41,232 nt of DNA. It comes from a virus. The notes beneath the pieces were generated by a model that did not search any database, was not told where the DNA came from, and worked only from the letters and a program-made list of their open reading frames with translations. Each line of letters begins with the position of its first letter. Position 1 is the stretch's first letter. Positions 13,699 through 20,297 of this stretch are shown here, in pieces. The translations under genes and the position numbers were made by a program. The stretch spans positions 1-41,232 of IMG/VR virus record IMGVR_UViG_3300025875_000058. One strand, written 5' to 3'.

Positions 13699-15330
13699 AT
13701 GGGTACTTGGCTGGGCTTGCCACTCTGCCTTCGGGGGCAAGTCGTGAAGGTCTGGAACCTGAAGTGGGTGGACGGACAGCCGGTCCTCCGGGTCCGGGCA
13801 GGGATGAGGGAGCAGGCCAAGGCCATCTCCGCGTCCATCCCGGGGGCACAGTGCAACGACGGGGAGGTGGGGGGTGCGTGGGGTGCCATCCTCGCCTGTC
13901 TCGCAGCAGCGGGGCAGCCAGAGCCCTTCCTGTGGGATGGCAGGCATCTGCCTCCTCCCACCCCTGCACCCAGGTGGATGCCCGAGTACCAGCGCTTCGG
14001 TGCTCGGTTCACGAGCGACCTCTTCGAGCAGGGGGTGATGAACAACGACGACATGGGGTTAGGTAAGACCCTCCAGACCATCGCTGGGTGCGTGGCCTTG
14101 CCTGCCGTGAAGGTGGTGCTGTGCCCTGGGTTCCTCCGTCGCCAGTGGCAGACCGAGCTGGAGCGTTGGGTCCCCAAACTGGGGCACATCTCGCCTCGGG
14201 TCCAATGCGTGTGGCCCAAGTTGGACCGACGCAGCAAGCACCCGCCCGTGGTCAACCCTGACTGGGTGGTCGCCTACTACAACGACTATGAGCGGGCGCT
14301 GGAGATGGTGGGACGTGCGAGCTACGTCCTCATCGTCGATGAGATTCAGAACCTGCAGGGGTTCAAGTCTCAGCGCATGAACTCTTTGAAAGCCGCGTCC
14401 AACTTCGCGGCAGGAAGGATCGGACTCACTGCTTCCCCACTTCAGTCTGACGCGGTGTCTTTGTTTCCAGCGCTTGATCTCATTTGCCCTGGTGCATTCG
14501 GAACTTTCTACCAGTACGCCAAGCGTTACGCTTCGGCTCAGGAAGGTGAGTTCGGGCTGGTCGTTGGCAAGCTATCCAATGTGGGTGAGCTTCGTGATCG
14601 TCTGTCTCTTCACTCCTTCCGCAGGACCAAGCAGGAAGTGGCGGATCAGATGCCGTTCGATACACGGTATCAAACGGTGTGGCTTGATCCCCCGCCGGGC
14701 AACTCTGGTGGTGTGAAGGGAGCGATGCTCAGCCCGATGGGTGCAGGCATGGCTCAGCATCTTCGAGCAGTGGCCGACTGCAAGGTGGGGCCGGTATCAG
14801 AGCAGGTGAAGAGCGACCGCCTGCCCTCCATCACATTCACATGGCTGAGGGAACATGCTGAGAAGATCGCTGCGTCTATACCGGGCTCAATGCTTGTCCT
14901 TGGGGGGAGCGACGGTGCCAGCAGGCTTGAACGGATTGGTCAGTACATCGCCAAGTGCGTGGCCCTGGGTCAGGTGCCCTCGCTCGTCGCTACGATGGAC
15001 AGCATCGGGGTTGGTGCGAATCTACAGTGGGCCAAGGTCGTCAATATCGCTGCGCTCGACTACACCCCCGATAAGATCCGGCAGGCGATTGGTCGCGCTG
15101 CTCGCATGGGGCAGACGGGCACAGTCACCATCCGCATCTTCGTCTGCAAGCACACCATCGACGAGCACTACATCAAGGTGCTGCTCGACAAGCTGAGTGA
15201 GCAGGCTCGACTCGATGGCAGGAAGGAAGAGGCGAAGGCTGACCTCGCGGATGCACTGTCCCCCGAGGTCACGAAGGATGCGCTCATGTCTATCTACGAG
15301 AGGATGCTGAAGGAGGAACAGGATGCCTGA
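13699..15330 (+). CDS. SNF2-family helicase
   Basis: NNDDMGLGKTLQ (motif I), LIVDEIQNL (motif II), GLTASPLQ (motif III), QAIGRAARMGQ (motif VI). Confidence 0.85.
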   Translation: MGTWLGLPLCLRGQVVKVWNLKWVDGQPVLRVRAGMREQAKAISASIPGAQCNDGEVGGAWGAILACLAAAGQPEPFLWDGRHLPPPTPAPRWMPEYQRFGARFTSDLFEQGVMNNDDMGLGKTLQTIAGCVALPAVKVVLCPGFLRRQWQTELERWVPKLGHISPRVQCVWPKLDRRSKHPPVVNPDWVVAYYNDYERALEMVGRASYVLIVDEIQNLQGFKSQRMNSLKAASNFAAGRIGLTASPLQSDAVSLFPALDLICPGAFGTFYQYAKRYASAQEGEFGLVVGKLSNVGELRDRLSLHSFRRTKQEVADQMPFDTRYQTVWLDPPPGNSGGVKGAMLSPMGAGMAQHLRAVADCKVGPVSEQVKSDRLPSITFTWLREHAEKIAASIPGSMLVLGGSDGASRLERIGQYIAKCVALGQVPSLVATMDSIGVGANLQWAKVVNIAALDYTPDKIRQAIGRAARMGQTGTVTIRIFVCKHTIDEHYIKVLLDKLSEQARLDGRKEEAKADLADALSPEVTKDALMSIYERMLKEEQDA

Positions 15331-15505
15331 GAAGAAGCTGGTGCGGGTGCTGCGAGACAGCACGGGTGAAGTGGTGAAGGAGTTCGACGTGACGGACAAG
15401 TCGGACAGGCAGGTGCAGCGGGTAGTTCAGGGGCTGAACCGTCAGCTCAACCATGACGACTACACCGTGGTGGAAGATACGATCCCTGATGTCAGCCCCG
15501 GGTGA
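15323..15505 (+). CDS. Hypothetical small protein
   Basis: 60-aa ORF overlapping the SNF2 stop by 8 nt. Confidence 0.55.
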   Translation: MPEKKLVRVLRDSTGEVVKEFDVTDKSDRQVQRVVQGLNRQLNHDDYTVVEDTIPDVSPG

Positions 15506-15518
15506 TAGGACAGTGGGC

Positions 15519-16433
15519 ATGATCAAGCGCCCCAAGTTCTTCGACATGCCCACCGGCCACAGCGGTGCAGGCTGGCACGCCATCGAGTCCTTCATCCGCT
15601 GCCCGAAGGAGTACCAGTTCGCGCAGGTCAGGCGCATCAAGCGGGGGTCGCCGTTCATCCCCGCCCCGCTGAGCATCGGCTTGCTGCTGCACGCAGCCCG
15701 AGCACAGTGGCTCTACGACGAGAGGAAGGGGGACCTGTGGAAGGAGGGGATGCAGAGGTACGCCGCGAAGACGGAAGCGGAGGAGGGCAAGCTGGCACCG
15801 GGCTCGATGCAGGCAGCGAGGGATCTTTTCGTAGGCTACGAGTCTTACTGGAAGGTGAGGCCCACCACTCAGGTGCTGGCCATCGAGCACTTGATGTCCT
15901 TGCGCGGGGTGCGCTCTGGCGCACCTGCCTGGGCATTTCGTACCGCCCGCTACGACAGCATCGAGAAGTGGCGTGGCAAGACGTGGATTGGGGAGCTGAA
16001 GAGTACCTCCGACAGCGCGAACAGGCTGAGCGAGCAGTACGCACTGCACGGTCAGCTCCTCTTGCAGATGGCACTGTGGGGGGAGGAAGAGGACGACACC
16101 TTCGGACCCTTGGAGGGTGTGTTGATCGATCCCATGCTGAAGCGGGGAGCAAGTGTTGGTGCCCCGAGGATTGAGATACGCAAGAGCGAGTGCGAGCACG
16201 CCCTCTCCTGGTTCCGCAAAGACCTCCAGATGTGGCTGCTCCAGGCGCAGATGGTGGACTGGGACGCTGGTGTAGAAAGAAAGCCCAACTGTATGCGGAC
16301 CTACGGACCGTGTGAGTTCCGTGGGTTGTGCCTCAAAGGCAGGAAGGGTGCCAACCCGTTCGTGCTGGAGAACGGCAAGGCACTGGTGACATGGCAGCCC
16401 AGCTCAGGGCAGACTACGCCCCCCTGGGAATGA
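15519..16433 (+). CDS. Cas4/RecB-like PD-(D/E)XK nuclease with Cys cluster
   Basis: ATG at 15519 (MIKRPKFFDMP). N-terminal Cys (IRCPKEY), YDSIEKW...IGELKST (D...ExK) and a C-terminal NCMRTYGPCEFRGLC triad, as in Cas4-type Fe-S nucleases. Confidence 0.7.
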   Translation: MIKRPKFFDMPTGHSGAGWHAIESFIRCPKEYQFAQVRRIKRGSPFIPAPLSIGLLLHAARAQWLYDERKGDLWKEGMQRYAAKTEAEEGKLAPGSMQAARDLFVGYESYWKVRPTTQVLAIEHLMSLRGVRSGAPAWAFRTARYDSIEKWRGKTWIGELKSTSDSANRLSEQYALHGQLLLQMALWGEEEDDTFGPLEGVLIDPMLKRGASVGAPRIEIRKSECEHALSWFRKDLQMWLLQAQMVDWDAGVERKPNCMRTYGPCEFRGLCLKGRKGANPFVLENGKALVTWQPSSGQTTPPWE

Positions 16434-16466
16434 TGTTGATCTAACTCGGACGGACAGGACAACCAC

Positions 16467-17270
16467 ATGGCACGAATGAAACTCGGGGCGATGCTCCGGA
16501 AGAACATCTACGCCTTCGTCTACGGACGCGAGGGTGTGGGCAAGACCAACCTCATCATGTCGCTGGCGCACAAGTCGGACGGCAGCGACATCGCGATCAT
16601 CACGCCAGAGTCGAGCGGCCCGACCAGCATCCTCAGCCGTGGCTTCAGCGGGGACATTGCGGTCGAGCTGCTTCCCCCAAGTGGGCACGACCCCTTCGAG
16701 CCGTGCATCAAGGCCATCGAGTCCTTCACCCGGGACCCATCTATCAGCGGCATCTGTGTGGATGGGTTGACCGTGATGTGTGGGCGAGGCATCGACTTCC
16801 TCTCCGATGGACAGGGAGAGAAGGCGATGGGCTACGACGGGTGGGGCCAGCTGCTCAACGGGTTCCGCATGGTTGAGGCCGCAGCGGAGAAGGCATCAAG
16901 AGCGGGCAAGAGTGTGCTCTTCACCGCCTGGGAGAACCCGCCGCAGTACGAGGACACCATGGGTGGGCAGTCCGTGAAGGCGCTGGGTCGCCCGCTGCTC
17001 CAGGGCAAGGCGCAGACGTGGATGCCCGGCAACTGCGACGTGGTGGCGCGGATGACCAGCAAGTTCACGAAGGAAGTGGTCAACGGCAAGGCGATGCCGG
17101 TGTTCAAGGCATCTCTCCAGGTCAACGCGAACGCTGAGTGGTTCGCCAAGACCCGGTGGCTCCTGCCTGACCCTTGCCCTGCTGATCTGAAGTACATCCT
17201 TCAGCAGGTGCAGTCGCAGAGCGGAGGCAAAGTATCTGCCCCCGTGTTGAAGAAGGTTGTTGCGAAGTAA
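16467..17270 (+). CDS. Sak4-like AAA_24 RecA-fold ATPase
   Basis: AFVYGREGVGKTNL (Walker A) and ICVDGLT (Walker B-like). Sits next to a DUF669-like gene, as is usual for Sak4. Confidence 0.7.
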   Translation: MARMKLGAMLRKNIYAFVYGREGVGKTNLIMSLAHKSDGSDIAIITPESSGPTSILSRGFSGDIAVELLPPSGHDPFEPCIKAIESFTRDPSISGICVDGLTVMCGRGIDFLSDGQGEKAMGYDGWGQLLNGFRMVEAAAEKASRAGKSVLFTAWENPPQYEDTMGGQSVKALGRPLLQGKAQTWMPGNCDVVARMTSKFTKEVVNGKAMPVFKASLQVNANAEWFAKTRWLLPDPCPADLKYILQQVQSQSGGKVSAPVLKKVVAK

Positions 17271-17279
17271 GTCAGAAGT

Positions 17280-17300
17280 ATCTACCCTAACGATCTACCC
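17280..17300 (+). repeat. Direct repeat ATCTACCC x2 upstream of the SSB-like gene
   Basis: ATCTACCC at 17280-17287 and 17293-17300, followed by hairpin GTCCCG ga CGGGAC (17305-17318). Confidence 0.5.
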
Positions 17301-17333
17301 AGCAGTCCCGGACGGGACAGAGAGTAATACCCC

Positions 17334-18038
17334 ATGGCAGGCAACAAGAAGGGTCAAGCAGTGCGCCTCGGATACACCCCCGGTCAGCCCCGTGCTCAGG
17401 CTGAGCGCGAGCTGGTCCCCGAGGGTGACGGCAAGTTCAGCCTGAAGTCCTACGGCAAGCAGGGTCCCGCTGGCTGGAAGGTGAAGCCGGGCAAGTTCCC
17501 CTGCCGTCATGTGGACTACGAGCTGATTGGCAGCGAGGGTGCGGATGGTCAGCCCCTCAGCTTCCGCGACTTCGCCAGCTCCAGCCCGAAGGCGTTCTTC
17601 CGCATCTTCGACCTCGCCGCTGCGGTCAACTACCCGGTTGCGTTCGAGCTGGACACGACCCCGACCAAGCCCAGCGACCCTGGCGTGAAGCAGCTGTGCG
17701 AGTGGATCGACGAGATGTTCGCCTGGATCGACGACAACAACGTGGTCCTCAACGGCACCATCAAGCACGAGGAGTACAACGGGCAGCAGAACGCCCGGGT
17801 CCAGTGGCTGCCCCCCGAGGAAGGCAGCTTCATCGGTGATGAGGTAGCGGTCGAGGAGGACGAGCAGGAAGAGGAGGTTGATGAGGCAGAGGAGTTCGAC
17901 CCGGAGACGGGCGAGGTTGCAGAGGAGGAGGTCGAGGAGGAGATGCCCGCGCCCACTCCTGTTGCCAAGAAGAAGGCAGCACCTGCCGCCAAGGCAGCGG
18001 CTCCCCAGCTCAAGAGCGTTGCTGGTAAGAAGCGATAG
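17334..18038 (+). CDS. DUF669-like single-strand DNA-binding protein
   Basis: 234 aa with a highly acidic C-terminal region (EEDEQEEEVDEAEEFDPETGEVAEEEVEEE) and a K/A-rich tail. Position after Sak4 fits the DUF669 pairing. Confidence 0.6.
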   Translation: MAGNKKGQAVRLGYTPGQPRAQAERELVPEGDGKFSLKSYGKQGPAGWKVKPGKFPCRHVDYELIGSEGADGQPLSFRDFASSSPKAFFRIFDLAAAVNYPVAFELDTTPTKPSDPGVKQLCEWIDEMFAWIDDNNVVLNGTIKHEEYNGQQNARVQWLPPEEGSFIGDEVAVEEDEQEEEVDEAEEFDPETGEVAEEEVEEEMPAPTPVAKKKAAPAAKAAAPQLKSVAGKKR

Positions 18039-18129
18039 TCTAGGCAGACCCTGGCCTGCGTAGGGCAGCAATGCCCTCGCCGTCCGACCATGCCGCCGAG
18101 CGTGGAAACAGGGTCATCGGCATTGATGG

Positions 18130-18167
18130 GGGCGGGATGGTGATGAACCATCCCGCCCTCTCTTTTT
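18130..18167 (+). terminator. Rho-independent terminator
   Basis: GGGCGGGATGG (18130-18140) tgatgaa CCATCCCGCCC (18148-18158), followed by TCTCTTTTT. Confidence 0.85.
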
Positions 18168-18209
18168 GCCGAGCCTCGCCGTACCCACCCATACCCAGGA
18201 TCAACCGAC

Positions 18210-18752
18210 ATGAGCAAGACCAAGGCGAAGAGTGCCCTCGCAGTGCAGAAGAAGGCGCAGCACCCGGCTGTCACGCAGAACGGCATCATCTTCGCGACCA
18301 AGGCCGTGACCGAGGCGTTCGAGGAGATGGCCGCAATCATCGCCAACACCGACGACCCGGGTGCGCTGGCTGCCGTGCACTCCCTGCTCAACAAGGACTG
18401 GAGCAAGGTCATCGAGGACCAGAAGACGGTCATCCGCTCGATGCTCCTGACCTTGCTCGACGATGAGGGCAGCGTGGATGGACTCAACCGCTACGCCACC
18501 GCAGAGTACGAGGGCACGCGCTTCACCCTGAAGAAGCAGGTCGCCCGGTCCAGGCTGCCCGAGGAAGGCGCACTCGGCGCGCTGCTCTTCAAGAAGGGCC
18601 TGAGCCTGGACGACGTGATGGATCAAGTCGTCACCTACGAGGTGAACATGGACAAGGTGCAGGGTCTCATCGCGAGCGGCGACTTGACCCCGATGGAAGT
18701 GGACGACTGTCGCAAGGTCACGTCCACCCAGCTGAAGGTCGAGAAGATCTGA
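18210..18752 (+). CDS. Hypothetical protein
   Basis: 180-aa ORF with good G/C3. First gene after the terminator. Confidence 0.7.
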   Translation: MSKTKAKSALAVQKKAQHPAVTQNGIIFATKAVTEAFEEMAAIIANTDDPGALAAVHSLLNKDWSKVIEDQKTVIRSMLLTLLDDEGSVDGLNRYATAEYEGTRFTLKKQVARSRLPEEGALGALLFKKGLSLDDVMDQVVTYEVNMDKVQGLIASGDLTPMEVDDCRKVTSTQLKVEKI

Positions 18753-18925
18753 TGACCATCGAACAGGAGATTGCCCTCCGTGCCATCGCGCTGGCTGTGA
18801 AGCGGGGGCTCAAGCATGTCATCGACAACCCAGGCAAGTGTGCCTGGGTGAAGATCGAGCACCTCAGTCTCGGGTCGCTGACCGAGATACTCTTCATCCC
18901 CCCTATGCCTAAAGGTATGCAATGA
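18752..18925 (+). CDS. Hypothetical 57-aa protein (below the ORF-track size cut-off)
   Basis: My translation gives MTIEQEIALRAIALAVKRGLKHVIDNPGKCAWVKIEHLSLGSLTEILFIPPMPKGMQ. The ATG overlaps the previous TGA. Confidence 0.55.
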   Translation: MTIEQEIALRAIALAVKRGLKHVIDNPGKCAWVKIEHLSLGSLTEILFIPPMPKGMQ

Positions 18926-18990
18926 TCTCCTTCATCGTGAAGTGGTGGCCAGCCCTGGTGTTCTGCGGTCTGCTTGAGTGGTGGTTCTAA
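18922..18990 (+). CDS. Possible 22-aa hydrophobic peptide
   Basis: MISFIVKWWPALVFCGLLEWWF. The ATG overlaps the previous stop and its TAA overlaps the next ATG (TAATG). Very short, so tentative. Confidence 0.35.
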   Translation: MISFIVKWWPALVFCGLLEWWF

Positions 18991-19223
18991 TGACTGATCA
19001 TCTTGTGGACGAACTGAAGGCAGTGCGCTCCAGCTTGAAGGATGCCCAGCGTGACTGGGCAGAGGAGACGCTGCGGAACAATGACCTGATGCGGGAGAAC
19101 CTCAGATTCAAGAGGTGGGTAGAGGAGGTGTCGAACCTCCTCACCCAGATGCGGCACTCCCCCGGGAACCTCAGCATGTTCGCGTGTGACATCGACGTGC
19201 TGCTCGACAAGGTGCCCCGATGA
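18990..19223 (+). CDS. Hypothetical coiled-coil protein
   Basis: ATG at 18990 (MTDHLVDELKAVRSSLKDAQRDW...). The track's longer version starts at GTG 18978. Confidence 0.6.
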   Translation: MTDHLVDELKAVRSSLKDAQRDWAEETLRNNDLMRENLRFKRWVEEVSNLLTQMRHSPGNLSMFACDIDVLLDKVPR

Positions 19224-19480
19224 GCTGTGTGAACTGCAAGCACCCAGCGAAGACGCACGTCCCTCCGAGTGAGGCGCTGGCCAACGGCGAGGTCTGCCTC
19301 GTGCCTCAGTGCAAGTGCACTGCCTGGGAAGCTGGGCACATGCTGCCCACCGAGAACGAGAAGTACGGGGACATGATCTACGCGCACGAGAAGGTCTTCG
19401 CTGCACTGAACCCGCTGTCCATCGAGCAGGCACGTCGCGTGCTTAAGGCAGCGGCCATCCTCCTGGAGGTTGAGCTGTGA
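19220..19480 (+). CDS. Hypothetical Cys-rich protein
   Basis: MSCVNCKHPAKTHV...CLVPQCKCTAWE. ATGA overlap with the previous gene. Confidence 0.6.
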   Translation: MSCVNCKHPAKTHVPPSEALANGEVCLVPQCKCTAWEAGHMLPTENEKYGDMIYAHEKVFAALNPLSIEQARRVLKAAAILLEVEL

Positions 19481-19620
19481 CGGAGCTGGCGATCTTCGGA
19501 TGGTTGCTCATCTTCTACTTCGCGGCCACCGGTTTCCGCATCAAGTGGAAGCACTGGCGGCGGGGTGGCAACTGGAACGATGAACTCACGGACGAACAGC
19601 GCGACGAGCTGGACCGATGA
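19477..19620 (+). CDS. Possible 47-aa single-pass membrane protein (below the ORF-track size cut-off)
   Basis: GTG at 19477 (GTGA overlap). (M)TELAIFGWLLIFYFAATGFRIKWKHWRRGGNWNDELTDEQRDELDR. Its stop overlaps the next ATG. Confidence 0.45.
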   Translation: MTELAIFGWLLIFYFAATGFRIKWKHWRRGGNWNDELTDEQRDELDR

Positions 19621-20102
19621 AGTACCAGCCCGAGCAGCACGGTGCCCGGTGTGACCAGTGCCCCCGGAAGAGCAGCCAGCTGGTGCCACCTGAGGGCCAT
19701 CCTGGCGCGCGCTGGGCTTGGGTAGGGCAAGACCCTGGGAAGCAGGAGCTGAAGGCAGGGCGCCCCTTCAGTGGCTCCGCAGGGACCCGTATGCAGCACA
19801 TCTGGCAGGCAGCCACCGGCAAGGCGCGGGTGAACGTCACCCGGCAGGAGGTCTGGCTGACCAACGCGGTGCTCTGCGCCCCGGTCACGAACAAGGAGAA
19901 GGAGTCCCGCGAGGCCACTGCCTGCTGCCGACCAAGACTTCTCAACGAGCTGCGCCAGCTGGACCCCGACGCTGCCGTGCTGCTGATGGGGAAGCTGGCC
20001 CTGCTCAGCGTCACGGGTGAGCTGACCGGAGGAGCGGGACTGATGGGCTTCGGGATGGACATCGACCTGAAGCGGATGCAGCAACTGACCGAGGAGAAGT
20101 GA
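19617..20102 (+). CDS. Family-4-like uracil-DNA glycosylase superfamily protein, C-terminally short
   Basis: RCDQCP...WVGQDPGKQELKAGRPFSGSAG...NAVLCAP...TACCRP...AVLLMGKLA follows the family-4 UDG layout, including Fe-S cysteines. No HPS-type motif B before the stop. Confidence 0.65.
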   Translation: MKYQPEQHGARCDQCPRKSSQLVPPEGHPGARWAWVGQDPGKQELKAGRPFSGSAGTRMQHIWQAATGKARVNVTRQEVWLTNAVLCAPVTNKEKESREATACCRPRLLNELRQLDPDAAVLLMGKLALLSVTGELTGGAGLMGFGMDIDLKRMQQLTEEK

Positions 20103-20296
20103 TGGCTACCCAGTCGAAGGCACTACGCAGCAGGCAGCACGACAAGGTGTTGGCGATCCGCGACTGGTGCGAGAAGTACAGCAGAGAGGACCTGCTCAAG
20201 GCCGAAGAGGTCTGCGCTTACCAGATCGTCGAGCTTGCCGATGAGTTGAACATCATCAACTTGAAGCTCAAGCAAGCACTCAACGAGGGACGCTGA
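20102..20296 (+). CDS. Hypothetical small protein
   Basis: ATG at 20102 with GAGGAG 5 nt upstream. 64 aa. Confidence 0.6.
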   Translation: MATQSKALRSRQHDKVLAIRDWCEKYSREDLLKAEEVCAYQIVELADELNIINLKLKQALNEGR

Positions 20297-20297
20297 C

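Noticed and set aside
16545-16555. Fourth copy of the GACCAACCTCA motif inside the Sak4-like gene
   Set aside because: It encodes the Walker A residues (GKTNLI). An 11-nt match is expected by chance many times in a genome of this size, so I do not count it as part of the start-proximal element.
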